64,000 bases of DNA, taken from the IMG/VR virus record IMGVR_UViG_3300042914_002678; one strand, written 5' to 3'. This stretch comes from a virus. Its lineage: Duplodnaviria > Caudoviricetes. Made by a program: the position numbers and the translations under genes. This document shows, piece by piece, positions 18,395 through 28,304 of this stretch (the stretch's first letter is position 1; each line of letters opens with the position of its first letter). The notes under the pieces are model-generated. The model was given only the letters and a program-made list of their open reading frames with translations. It was not told the origin of the DNA and did no database searches.

Positions 18395-19114
18395 ATGGCA
18401 GAACAAATGACAGAAGAACAACTCTTCTACCAAGAAAGATTAAATACAGGAACTTCGAAGACCAATAATGAGTTCTTTGAAAAGAATGGATATTTGGTAA
18501 TTAAGAATCTGTGGGATTCAAAAGAACTTTATCGTCCAGTTCCAGAAGAAAGAGGACAGATTAATTATTGGGGTAAAAAATTAGATCAATTTACCTATCA
18601 CGAACTTGAAATGCAGGTAGAGGGATCTCTTGCTTGCTATTGGCACCCACAATATCGTTCAATTCATTCTGGTATTCGAATTAAATTAGAAAAAGAATTG
18701 GGAAGAAAACTTTATAATACTTATTATTATGATCGTTTTTATTTTCCAGGACAAGAACTAACAAGACACGCAGATCGTGATGCTTGTGAAATTTCTGTAA
18801 CAACTCATATTAGTACAAATCTTGAGGAACCTTGGCCCATTTGGATCAAAACTCCAGATACTTATGCGGATAAAAAGAAAACAATCATCTCAAAAAGAGG
18901 AGAAAATCGCTCAGTAATTCTAAATGCTGGTGATGGAATGGTCTATAAGGGATGTGAAAGACCTCATTGGCGAGATCCTATGCCTACTGAACATACAAGA
19001 ACTTGGTATGGTAAAAGAGTAGAAAAAGAAGGACTTTATTATCATCAAATCTTTTTTCATTATGTTCTTGCTGATGGACAAAGAGTGCAGTGTGCGAATG
19101 ATATGGCAAGGTAA
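18395..19114 (+). CDS. 2OG-Fe(II) oxygenase-like protein
   Basis: LTRHADRDACEISVT (HxD), HWRDP and QIFFHYV. Confidence 0.75.
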   Translation: MAEQMTEEQLFYQERLNTGTSKTNNEFFEKNGYLVIKNLWDSKELYRPVPEERGQINYWGKKLDQFTYHELEMQVEGSLACYWHPQYRSIHSGIRIKLEKELGRKLYNTYYYDRFYFPGQELTRHADRDACEISVTTHISTNLEEPWPIWIKTPDTYADKKKTIISKRGENRSVILNAGDGMVYKGCERPHWRDPMPTEHTRTWYGKRVEKEGLYYHQIFFHYVLADGQRVQCANDMAR

Positions 19115-19139
19115 TAAATAGTAAAAAATGTGATATAAA

Positions 19140-19349
19140 ATGCCAACCAGTTTATCGTCATTTTTAGGAACTACTTATAATGGACTTCAAGGTGTTCAAG
19201 GAGCAATTGCTTCTCAGGGATCTCAAGGTCTTCAAGGAGGTCAGGGGATTCAAGGTGTTGGAGGATCATTTAGTACACAAGGTGTTCAGGGTCTTCAAGG
19301 TCGTTCTGAAATTGGACTTGCCATACTTTCTTACTTGTCTCCTTCTTAA
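19140..19349 (+). CDS. Mini collagen-like protein 1, 69 aa
   Basis: MPTSLSSFL, GxQ triplets and a hydrophobic C-terminal tail. Confidence 0.7.
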   Translation: MPTSLSSFLGTTYNGLQGVQGAIASQGSQGLQGGQGIQGVGGSFSTQGVQGLQGRSEIGLAILSYLSPS

Positions 19350-19355
19350 AATAAA

Positions 19356-19565
19356 ATGCCAACTTCATTAAGTACTTTTTTATCAACTCAAACTCAAGGG
19401 ACTCAAGGTGTTCAGGGGCGTAGTTTTCAAGGAACTCAGGGTGTTATTGGAAGTCACCAAGGTGCTCAAGGAATTACAGGTGAATTAGTGGGACAAGGAA
19501 CACAGGCAACACTTGCTAAAAATGCTAAAGGTCTTTCAATGCTTGCTTGGTTGACACCTGGATAA
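19356..19565 (+). CDS. Mini collagen-like protein 2, 69 aa, paralog of the preceding gene
   Basis: MPTSLSTFL, GxQ triplets and a hydrophobic tail. Confidence 0.7.
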   Translation: MPTSLSTFLSTQTQGTQGVQGRSFQGTQGVIGSHQGAQGITGELVGQGTQATLAKNAKGLSMLAWLTPG

Positions 19566-19593
19566 ATATAAATATCTGAAAAACTGAAAGTAA

Positions 19594-19965
19594 ATGGCAG
19601 CACCAAACATTGTTAATGTTTCTTCTATTGTAGGTATTACAACTTTTGTTGCTAATATTAGTACAGGTTGGTCTGTAATAATTTCTAATCCTGAGTCTAG
19701 TAATTCGGTATATAAGGTCAATACATTACTTGCTTCTAATACTACTGGAACTTCTGCAAATATTACTGTTGATTATTTTAGTCAAGCAGCAGGAGCAGGA
19801 ACTTCCGTTTCAATCGGGACTACAATTTCAGTTCCTGCTGGATCTACACTCGCATTAATTGGAAAAGATACACCTCTTTATATTGAAGAAAATAGATCAA
19901 TAGCAGCACAGGCAGGAACTGCAAATTCAATTGATATTCTTGCTTCTTATGAGACTATTAGTTAA
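19594..19965 (+). CDS. Adapter-like protein, paralog of 59836-60213
   Basis: MxAPNI.N...VGxT, SN..S..VxKxN, TIxVPxxST and SYE shared. Confidence 0.8.
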   Translation: MAAPNIVNVSSIVGITTFVANISTGWSVIISNPESSNSVYKVNTLLASNTTGTSANITVDYFSQAAGAGTSVSIGTTISVPAGSTLALIGKDTPLYIEENRSIAAQAGTANSIDILASYETIS

Positions 19966-19970
19966 TAAAA

Positions 19971-20930
19971 ATGACTAGAAATATTGGAAACTTTATTGGA
20001 AAATCCCCAGATAATGGTGGATTTTTTAATAGTTTATCTCAGCAAGTTCTTATAAAAACAAATATTTGGAATAGAATTGATATAGAAGGAGGAACTCCCC
20101 ATATTCCAGGAAATGGATATAGATATCATGTTTTTACAAGCACTGGAACATTAACTGTAAATAGTGGTGGTTCTGTTCAGTATCTTGTAATTGCTGGTGG
20201 TGGAAGTGGATCTCCTGGTCCCAGTTTTGAAAGTGGAGGTGGAGGTGGAGCAGGAGGATTCGTAAGTACCACAACTACCATTGGACCAGGAAGATATACA
20301 ATTACCATTGGTGGTTCTGAATCTAATTCTTCTATTGTAGGACCTCCTCTATTTACTTCTATAACCTCTCAAAGAGGTGGTGGGGGGAGCGGTACTGGTA
20401 GTGGTTCTCCTGGTGGATCTGGTGGCGGCGGCGCTGGGAATGCACCAATAAATTACTCCGGCGGAGCAGGAAACTCCCCATCAATACCTGCACTACTTGG
20501 TGGTCCGCAAGGTAATCCTGGCGGGACCGGCGGTAGTGCGTTTAATCCAGAAGCGAATGCAGGTGGAGGAGGTGGAGGTGCCGGTTCTTCTGGATCGCCA
20601 GGTTTGGGAGCTGCACCTCCTGGTGCCGGTGGTGCAGGTGGTGCAGGGAAAACTGCTTTTAGTGGTGATACTGGATTACCTGGTGCCTATGGGATGCCTG
20701 GACCTACTGCTGGACGTTGGTTTGCCGGTGGAGGAGGTGGTGGTGGAGATGATGGTTATACTACTCCATCACTTGGTGGATCTGGTGGTGGTGGAAATGG
20801 AGGAGGAGCAGACGATTCTGGATCTCCTGGAAAAATTAATACTGGATCTGGAGGTGGTGGAGGAGAAGGTGGTGGATCTGGTGGATCGGGTGGTTCTGGA
20901 ATTGTAATTTTCAGATACTTATATTCTTAA
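19971..20930 (+). CDS. Glycine-rich domain protein
   Basis: GYRYHVFTSTG...YLVIAGGGSG...GSGIVIFRY. Confidence 0.8.
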   Translation: MTRNIGNFIGKSPDNGGFFNSLSQQVLIKTNIWNRIDIEGGTPHIPGNGYRYHVFTSTGTLTVNSGGSVQYLVIAGGGSGSPGPSFESGGGGGAGGFVSTTTTIGPGRYTITIGGSESNSSIVGPPLFTSITSQRGGGGSGTGSGSPGGSGGGGAGNAPINYSGGAGNSPSIPALLGGPQGNPGGTGGSAFNPEANAGGGGGGAGSSGSPGLGAAPPGAGGAGGAGKTAFSGDTGLPGAYGMPGPTAGRWFAGGGGGGGDDGYTTPSLGGSGGGGNGGGADDSGSPGKINTGSGGGGGEGGGSGGSGGSGIVIFRYLYS

Positions 20931-20942
20931 TAGGTAAATTAT

Positions 20943-21935
20943 ATGTCAAAGCATCTTGGAAATAGAATCGGATTTGGTGTTAGTACATATTCTGACGGTG
21001 GATTTTTTAATCTATCTTCTCAATCTTTTTTACTTAGAAAAAATAAATGGGTAAGTAAAGCAGTTATTGCAGGTGGAACAGTATTAACACCTGGAAATGG
21101 ATATAAGTATAATATTTTTACTGCCACAGGACCACTTACGATTTCTAATGGTGAAATTTATGTAGATTATATGATTGTTGCTGGTGGTGCAGGGGGTGCT
21201 ACTGGAAATGGTTCATTTACTGACACAACTGGTGGTGGTGGTGGTGCTGGTGGAGTTTCTGAAGGAACTGTTTTACTTTCTCCTGGATCTTATACTATTT
21301 CTGTGGGTGGTGGTGGCGCACAATCTACAGACGGAACCCCATCTTCCATTTCAAACCAGCCAAATGTCAATGTTGTAATAGGTGGTGGAACTGGTGGAGT
21401 TTTTCCTGCCCCAAATTCTGGAAGACCTGGTGGTTCTGGTGGAGGTGGAGGAGGAGGAACCTCTTTATTTCATGGTGGAAATGGAACAGGGGATCAAGGA
21501 ACTCCTGGTGGATACTGTGCTATTTTTTCATTTGCATCAGGTGGTGGTGGGGGTGCTGGTGGTGCTGGTGGTTCTGGAACTTCACCTGGTCCTGGAAATC
21601 TTGCTGGTCCTGGTGGAGTTGGTAGAGCAGCATTTTTAGGAGATTCTGGTATTCCACCTTCTTACGGAACCCCTGGTCCTACCCCTGGTAGATTTTTTGG
21701 CGGTGGTGGTGGTGGTGGCGCTTCTCCAACTCCTGTTACAACGCCATCAACTGGTGGTGCTGGTGGAGGAGGTGCTGGTGGAAGATCAAGTGCAACTGCA
21801 GGGATTAGAAATGGAACTTCAGGAACAACCAACACTGGCGGCGGCGGTGGTGGTGGTGGTGCTTCTCCTACTGGTGGCACTGGCGGTTCTGGTGGATCTG
21901 GAATTGTTATACTTCGTTATAAAGCATATACATAA
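20943..21935 (+). CDS. Glycine-rich domain protein, tandem paralog
   Basis: GYKYNIFTATG...YMIVAGGAGG...GSGIVILRY. Confidence 0.8.
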   Translation: MSKHLGNRIGFGVSTYSDGGFFNLSSQSFLLRKNKWVSKAVIAGGTVLTPGNGYKYNIFTATGPLTISNGEIYVDYMIVAGGAGGATGNGSFTDTTGGGGGAGGVSEGTVLLSPGSYTISVGGGGAQSTDGTPSSISNQPNVNVVIGGGTGGVFPAPNSGRPGGSGGGGGGGTSLFHGGNGTGDQGTPGGYCAIFSFASGGGGGAGGAGGSGTSPGPGNLAGPGGVGRAAFLGDSGIPPSYGTPGPTPGRFFGGGGGGGASPTPVTTPSTGGAGGGGAGGRSSATAGIRNGTSGTTNTGGGGGGGGASPTGGTGGSGGSGIVILRYKAYT

Positions 21936-21959
21936 TTAAAAAAATAATTTCATACAGTT

Positions 21960-22373
21960 ATGGCACATTTTTCTGAATTAGATGAAAACAATATCGTAAA
22001 ACAAACAATCGTAGTATCCAACCAAGATACTTCTGATTTAAATGGTGTGGAAGTAGAAGAAATTGGAATAGCATTTTGTAAAAAATTATTTGGGGCAAAT
22101 ACTAAATGGAAACAAACTTCATATAATAATAATTTTAGATGTCGTTATGCTAGTCCTGGAATGACTTATAATGAAGAATATGATGTATTTTTGAATCCAC
22201 AACCATACTCTTCTTGGATTTTAAATACCGATACATATGAATGGGAAGCACCAGTTTCTCAACCAGAAATTACAGAGGAACAAAAAGAAAATTTTTATTA
22301 TTATGAATGGAATGAAACTAATTTAAGTTGGGATTTTAAACAAAGAGAAAATCCCGCACAAAATATGGTATAA
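21960..22373 (+). CDS. Conserved hypothetical protein, paralog of 17324-17716
   Basis: See 17324. Confidence 0.8.
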   Translation: MAHFSELDENNIVKQTIVVSNQDTSDLNGVEVEEIGIAFCKKLFGANTKWKQTSYNNNFRCRYASPGMTYNEEYDVFLNPQPYSSWILNTDTYEWEAPVSQPEITEEQKENFYYYEWNETNLSWDFKQRENPAQNMV

Positions 22374-22395
22374 TAATTTTAAAGTTGTAATAAGT

Positions 22396-23373
22396 ATGAG
22401 TAATTTTGTAAAACTTGCGTTGGAAAATGGGGGATCTATTCATCCACTTATTATTCCTTCAACAGATTTAAAGGGACCTGCAATAACAAATCCATCAATT
22501 TATAATGATAATGGTAAACTCATTGTCAATCTTAGAAATATCAATTACACACTTTATCATTCTGAGAAAAAAACATTTGAGCACCACTGGGGGCCACTAG
22601 TTTATATTCACCCAGAAAATGATATGCGTTTGCGTACATGGAATGTAATTGGTGAACTGGATGAAAATCTGAGACTTAAATGGCATACTCATATTGATAC
22701 TTCTAAACATCCCGATAAAGAACTTTGGGAGTTTGTTGGATTAGAAGATGCTCGTATTTTTAGATGGGAAGGTAAACTTTATACGTGTGGTGTGAGAAGG
22801 GATCTTGATACCATTGGCACGGGAAGAATGGAACTTTGTGAGATTGAAATTGTAGATGGCGTGGTTAAAGAACTAAGTCAACACCGTATTCCAACTCCAG
22901 GAGATAACAGTTCTTATTGTGAAAAGAATTGGATGCCAATTCTTGATATGCCATATCATTTTGTTAAATGGACGAATGGTACAGAAGTTGTTAAATATGA
23001 TATTCACACTGGTCAGACAACTCAGGTTGTTATAAAAGAATGGACAGATCTAGGGTGTATTGATCTTCGTGGAGGATCTCAGGTTATTCCTTTTGGTGAA
23101 TATCGTCTTGCTTTAAATCATGAAACTTTTCTCACCAGAAGTCCCGCAGGCAGAAAGGACGGTACTTACCGCCACAGATTTATTGTTTGGGATAAAGATT
23201 GGAATATTGTAAAAGTTTCAAGAAGGTTTTCTTTCTTAGAAGCAGAGATTGAATTTGCCGTTGGTATGTGCGAATATGGTGATGACTATCTAATTACATT
23301 TGGTTTCCAGGATAATGCTGCTTATCTTTTGAAAGTTAATAAAAAATTTGTTTCTAATTATATACTTGAATAA
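22396..23373 (+). CDS. Putative five-bladed beta-propeller glycoside hydrolase/glycosylase-like protein
   Basis: NPSI, GLEDARIF, EKNWMP and EFAVG motifs resemble GH130/GH43-type propellers. Confidence 0.55.
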   Translation: MSNFVKLALENGGSIHPLIIPSTDLKGPAITNPSIYNDNGKLIVNLRNINYTLYHSEKKTFEHHWGPLVYIHPENDMRLRTWNVIGELDENLRLKWHTHIDTSKHPDKELWEFVGLEDARIFRWEGKLYTCGVRRDLDTIGTGRMELCEIEIVDGVVKELSQHRIPTPGDNSSYCEKNWMPILDMPYHFVKWTNGTEVVKYDIHTGQTTQVVIKEWTDLGCIDLRGGSQVIPFGEYRLALNHETFLTRSPAGRKDGTYRHRFIVWDKDWNIVKVSRRFSFLEAEIEFAVGMCEYGDDYLITFGFQDNAAYLLKVNKKFVSNYILE

Positions 23374-23375
23374 TT

Positions 23376-23942
23376 ATGGCATCACTAACATCTGAAATAG
23401 TAATCTCTTTTTTGAAAAATTTAACTGAAGATCAAAATGATTATGAAGTTTTTATAGAATCCGGAACTAAAGGAGGGACAACTATAATGAATTTGATTTC
23501 TTCTTTTAAAGTTCTCCATACAATTGAGTTGTCTGAAAATTATTATAACTTTTTTGACTCTATTAAAAAAGAACAAAACTACACTAATGTAGTAAATCAT
23601 TTGGGGGCTACTGAAAATTTATTGTCAGATATTTTACAAAGTCTAAATTCTAATGAACGTGTAGTTTTTTGGTTAGATGGTCACTGGTCTTCTTTTGATA
23701 CTGCCAGAGGTGAAAAAGATTGTCCACTACTTGACGAGTGTTCAATTATAGACAGTACATACAAATCAAATAAAGCTGTTATACTGATCGATGACTATAG
23801 ACTCTTTGGAACTAACATGGTAGAGGACTGGTCAGAAGTTACTCTGAAAAATGTAATATCATGTTTCAAAAACCATAGTCTTTTCTACTTTATTAGGGAT
23901 GATATTTTGGCTATTTTGATAGAAAAAAATGTTAACATTTAA
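23376..23942 (+). CDS. Class I SAM-methyltransferase-like protein
   Basis: FIESGT..GGT, TIELS, FWLDGH and LIDD motifs. Confidence 0.6.
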   Translation: MASLTSEIVISFLKNLTEDQNDYEVFIESGTKGGTTIMNLISSFKVLHTIELSENYYNFFDSIKKEQNYTNVVNHLGATENLLSDILQSLNSNERVVFWLDGHWSSFDTARGEKDCPLLDECSIIDSTYKSNKAVILIDDYRLFGTNMVEDWSEVTLKNVISCFKNHSLFYFIRDDILAILIEKNVNI

Positions 23943-24768
23943 TTATCTTGGACATTTAGGTAGACTTGGAAATCAAATGTTTCAATATGCTACTCTTTTA
24001 GGAATAGCAAATCACAATAATTATGATTACACACTTCCACCAAATTTAACAGATCATATAGAACTATATAAGTGTTTTGAATTGGACAATTTTAGTACAA
24101 AAATATCAGATTGGTCTTCATTTGAAAGAATATCTCCAAAGATTCATTCTTTTGATAAAAAATTTTTTGATCAATGTCCAGGAAATGTTGATATACTAGG
24201 ATTTTTTCAAACGGAAAAATATTTTACACATATAAAAGATACTATCAAAAAGCATTATACTTTTAAAAAAGATATTTTTAATACTTCAAGACAATGTTTT
24301 AATCAATTAAGTATTGATAATGAAGTTATTTCATTGCACATTAGAATGACAGACAGCACAGGTCATGACATTATGAAAAATCTTGATCTTGATTATTATA
24401 AAAAATCTTTATCTTGTTTTGATAGAGATTTACCAGTAATAATTTTTTCTGACGATGTTGAAACTTGTATGAGGCTAAGTATTTTTCACGGATCTAGATT
24501 TTCTTTTTCACAGTCTTCAAGTCATTTTGTAGATTTGTGTATGATGACCATGTGTAAATACCATATAATCTCAAACAGTACCTTTGCTTGGTGGGGCGCT
24601 TGGTTATCGGACAGTAACAAAGTTATTGCTCCAAAAAAATGGTATACTGATTATGTCCATAATACTAAAGAATGGCATGAAATATCGCAACTTACTTGGA
24701 ATCCATATGAAGATGGTACTGTTTGGGAATCAAAAGATGTTTGTCCTGATGAATGGATTTTAATATGA
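23929..24768 (+). CDS. GT11 alpha-1,2-fucosyltransferase-like protein
   Basis: GRLGNQMFQYA, HIRxTD, FSDD and ISNSTFAWWGAWL. Confidence 0.88.
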   Translation: MLTFNYLGHLGRLGNQMFQYATLLGIANHNNYDYTLPPNLTDHIELYKCFELDNFSTKISDWSSFERISPKIHSFDKKFFDQCPGNVDILGFFQTEKYFTHIKDTIKKHYTFKKDIFNTSRQCFNQLSIDNEVISLHIRMTDSTGHDIMKNLDLDYYKKSLSCFDRDLPVIIFSDDVETCMRLSIFHGSRFSFSQSSSHFVDLCMMTMCKYHIISNSTFAWWGAWLSDSNKVIAPKKWYTDYVHNTKEWHEISQLTWNPYEDGTVWESKDVCPDEWILI

Positions 24769-26885
24769 ATGTTTCACTAATTTGTGCATGTAAAAATAGA
24801 AATGCACCACTTAAAATTTCTCTTTCCTCTTGGTTGTTATTTAAAGAAATAACAGAGATTATTATTGTTGATTGGAGTTCTGACGAATCTCTTAGGGAAT
24901 TAACTGATTGGGACGAAAGAATTAAAGTCATTAATGTTCCTAATCAAACTTATTTTAATCAACCACAACCATTAAACCTTGCTGCCAATGTTGCAACTGG
25001 GGATTATATACTTAAGGTAGACACTGATTATATTTTAAATCCTTACTTTAATTTTTTTGAACATTACAAGATTGATAATGAATCTTTTTTGTGTGGACAG
25101 AATGATTATGAGCAAGTAGAAATTAATTCAAGTCCATATTTTAAATATTTAAGAGGTCTTCTTTACATTAGTAGAGAAAATTATTTAAAAGTAGGTGGTT
25201 TTAATGAAATTCATACTCAATATTATGCTTATGAGGATGACGAAATATCTCATCGTTTAGAACTTCTTGGATTAAAAAAACATAAAGTAGAATATAATCA
25301 TAATATTATTCATATTCCTCATCCTGATAAAAAAAGACTAGAAAATTTTGAAGCTTATCATACGGATAAGAACTTAGAAATGAATGTTCGCAATATGCTT
25401 TCTTCTTACTATAAAGGTGATGAACTTGAATGGCAAATTGAGTATGTTCTTGCTCAACAGCACATTGAAATAAATCGACAGAAATCTTTGTCCGAAATTG
25501 CAAGTTATTATTTTAAATCTGATATTGTTTGGAATTTAGAAAAAGTTACGGATCAATTTTATATTGCTTCAAAAAATTTAAATAATAAGTTAAATAAATT
25601 CCCCAAAGCATATTTTATGACTTTGGAGGAAAGTGCAGAAAGGCAAAAAAATATTAAAAATCAATTTTTAGAATATGGAATAAAGATTACTCCAGTAATT
25701 TCAAAAAGATTTTCAGAATCTAATGATACTGTTGTCGGAAAATATCTTTTCCAATTAAATTCTGGCACTGCAGGTTGTTGTGTTTCTCATTTGAAAGCAA
25801 TTAAAAAATGGTATGATGAAACTGAAGACGAATATGCATTTTTTTGTGAGGATGATCTTAGTTTAGAGACCGTTCAATACTGGGACTTTACTTGGGAAGA
25901 ATTTATAAAAAATCTCCCTAATGATTGGGATGTTGTTCAGTTGGTTACTATTCGGGAAGACTTTGGGAACTTTAAAGTAAGAGAAAGATATTGGGACGAT
26001 TGGAGTGCTACCGCCTATATCATAACAAGGGATTATGCTAAAAAAATAATAGACAATTATATTAAAGGTGATGTTTACTTTTTAGAGATACCTAATTCTA
26101 ATGTGATGCCTTTAATTGAAAATATATTATTTACTACTTTGGGTAAATGTTATACTGTTCCTCTTTTTGTAGAAGAAGTTGAATTAGAATCTACATTTAC
26201 AAAAGAACAAGATAATGACGTTAATGTCGGACAAAAAAGAAATCATTATCATGCAAGTAAATCTGTATTAGAATATTGGAAATCTAAAAACAAAATTAGT
26301 TCTCTTGCTGAAAAAACAGAACTTGAAAATCTTTTGGAAGCATATTCTTTAGATACAGAAAATCCAGATCATAATTTTAATCTTGGAGTTTGGTATGAAA
26401 ATCAAGGACACACTGCCCCAGCTCTCTCATATTTTCTAAGGTGCGCTGAAAGAGCAACAAACTCTGATCCTACTCTTGCATATGAGGCATTAATTCGTGC
26501 ATCTTATTGTTATGATAAACAAGGTACAAGAGACGGTAGTGCAAGATCATTATTATGGCAAGCACAAATGTTTTTACCAAGTCGCCCAGAAGCATATTTC
26601 TTACTGGCAAGATTTGCTCAAAAGCGTGAGTGGTGGCAAGATTGTTATTCAACTGCCGAACTTGCATTAATTCATTGTGATTTTAATCTTCCACCATTAA
26701 AAACCGATGTTGAATATCCTGGTAAACAGGGAATTTTATTTGCAAAGGGTGTTTCTGGATGGTGGTGGGGTAAAGTTGAAGAATCTAGATCTTTACTTCT
26801 AAATATTTTAAAAGAATATACAGTTTCCGAAAAAGATAAGGATATTCTGATCAATAATCTTGCTAAGATGGGTGTTGAGGTATGA
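24753..26885 (+). CDS. Multidomain glycosyltransferase (GT-A/GT7-like + GT25-like + TPR)
   Basis: IIVDWSS..KVDTD..GGFNE..YAYEDDE; SxxRxxN..GCCVSH..FCEDD; TPR-like C-terminus (PSRPEAYFLLAR). Confidence 0.75.
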   Translation: MDFNMNVSLICACKNRNAPLKISLSSWLLFKEITEIIIVDWSSDESLRELTDWDERIKVINVPNQTYFNQPQPLNLAANVATGDYILKVDTDYILNPYFNFFEHYKIDNESFLCGQNDYEQVEINSSPYFKYLRGLLYISRENYLKVGGFNEIHTQYYAYEDDEISHRLELLGLKKHKVEYNHNIIHIPHPDKKRLENFEAYHTDKNLEMNVRNMLSSYYKGDELEWQIEYVLAQQHIEINRQKSLSEIASYYFKSDIVWNLEKVTDQFYIASKNLNNKLNKFPKAYFMTLEESAERQKNIKNQFLEYGIKITPVISKRFSESNDTVVGKYLFQLNSGTAGCCVSHLKAIKKWYDETEDEYAFFCEDDLSLETVQYWDFTWEEFIKNLPNDWDVVQLVTIREDFGNFKVRERYWDDWSATAYIITRDYAKKIIDNYIKGDVYFLEIPNSNVMPLIENILFTTLGKCYTVPLFVEEVELESTFTKEQDNDVNVGQKRNHYHASKSVLEYWKSKNKISSLAEKTELENLLEAYSLDTENPDHNFNLGVWYENQGHTAPALSYFLRCAERATNSDPTLAYEALIRASYCYDKQGTRDGSARSLLWQAQMFLPSRPEAYFLLARFAQKREWWQDCYSTAELALIHCDFNLPPLKTDVEYPGKQGILFAKGVSGWWWGKVEESRSLLLNILKEYTVSEKDKDILINNLAKMGVEV

Positions 26886-27637
26886 TACCAGTTATTGGTG
26901 TTCCTATTGTTAATGGAGTTTATCTCCTTGAAAAATTGATTGAAAGTATTGATTATCCTGTAAATCATTTGTTTATTATTAACAATAATGGTAGAGGAGA
27001 AATTGATCAAGAATTAGATGAAATATCTAAAAAAAGTCACAAATATATAAACAAGATAAAAGTTTCTCATTTACCTTCAAATCTTGGTTGTTCTGGATCT
27101 TGGAATTTAATCATAAAATGTTATATGACATGTCCATATTGGATTATTTGTTCTCATGATATTTCTTTTTCTCCAGGACTTCTTATGGAGGTCTTTGAAA
27201 AAATGCAAGATCCTAATATTAAATTTTTAAATTATGAAAAAAGTTGGGAGTGGTTTGCAATCAGAGATACTCTTATCCAAGAGTGTGGTTTATTTGACGA
27301 AAATTTTTATCCTGCTTACTGTGAAGATGTTGATTATTTTTTTAGATTAAAAAGTAAAAAAATTCCAATCTCTAAAGTTAAAATAGGACACAATAGAATT
27401 AATAATGAAGGAAGTCAAACTTGGAGGAAAGAAAGGTCTTTAGAAAAAAGACTTTCATATTCAAATGAATCTAATATGTATTATATTGTTAATAAATGGG
27501 GATATAATCCAGATATTGACGATTCTCCATGGCATATTAGTAACCCATATAAGTTTCCATTTAATAATCCCAATGTTTCGATTTCTGATACTTCATATGA
27601 TTTAAAATTTATTCGTAGAAAACATTTAGGATTTTAA
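26882..27637 (+). CDS. GT2-family glycosyltransferase
   Basis: IINNNG, NLGCSGSWN and GLFDENFYPAYCEDVDY. Confidence 0.75.
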   Translation: MIPVIGVPIVNGVYLLEKLIESIDYPVNHLFIINNNGRGEIDQELDEISKKSHKYINKIKVSHLPSNLGCSGSWNLIIKCYMTCPYWIICSHDISFSPGLLMEVFEKMQDPNIKFLNYEKSWEWFAIRDTLIQECGLFDENFYPAYCEDVDYFFRLKSKKIPISKVKIGHNRINNEGSQTWRKERSLEKRLSYSNESNMYYIVNKWGYNPDIDDSPWHISNPYKFPFNNPNVSISDTSYDLKFIRRKHLGF

Positions 27638-27642
27638 CAATT

Positions 27643-27885
27643 ATGAATTTTACAATTTATTCAAAACAAGGCTGCCCATATTGCGATAAAGTTAAAAACG
27701 TGTTAGAATTGACAAAACAAAAATACGTTACTTATACTCTTGACGAAGATTTTAGTAGAGAAGAATTTTACGCAGAATTTGGAGAGGGATCTACGTTTCC
27801 ACAAGTTGTTTGTAACGATAAAAAAATAGGAGGATCAGTTGACACAATCAAATTCCTCAAGGAACAACAAATCATTAAATCATAA
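27643..27885 (+). CDS. nrdC: Glutaredoxin
   Basis: CPYC and TFPQV...IGG. Confidence 0.9.
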   Translation: MNFTIYSKQGCPYCDKVKNVLELTKQKYVTYTLDEDFSREEFYAEFGEGSTFPQVVCNDKKIGGSVDTIKFLKEQQIIKS

Positions 27886-28090
27886 CCTAAATAAAAAAGA
27901 AAACCACAGAAACCGTGGTGTTGAATTTATTCTTAATGGAGGTAAAAGAAAGCAAACTCAACCATTTCATATTATTTTTGAAAAAATGGTTTGCTTTCTC
28001 AATCGGGAAGTAACCGTTTATTTTGAATTTTCCTTTAAATCTAGGAAAAGAAAAGTAGTTTCCCGAGGTAAAAAAAATGTTAGCAGTTAG
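27839..28090 (+). CDS. Hypothetical protein; start uncertain
   Basis: ORF track. Confidence 0.5.
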   Translation: MTQSNSSRNNKSLNHNLNKKENHRNRGVEFILNGGKRKQTQPFHIIFEKMVCFLNREVTVYFEFSFKSRKRKVVSRGKKNVSS

Positions 28091-28304
28091 TTTAGTTTTC
28101 GGTTCATTTCTAACAGTTTTATTTTTTATAGTGGGCATTATAAGTGGTTGGGTAGCAAGGGAATATATGATGAACTATCGGGAAATTCCTAGACCTCATC
28201 CCGAAATGTTTGATTCGCAAGGTAATTTAATACCTGACGAGGTAATTGCATTTAATTTTGAGAACTATTATGACAACGACGACGCAACAGAAGACGAAGA
28301 ATAA
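28077..28304 (+). CDS. Small membrane protein
   Basis: N-terminal hydrophobic helix followed by HPEMFD..G. Confidence 0.75.
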   Translation: MLAVSLVFGSFLTVLFFIVGIISGWVAREYMMNYREIPRPHPEMFDSQGNLIPDEVIAFNFENYYDNDDATEDEE

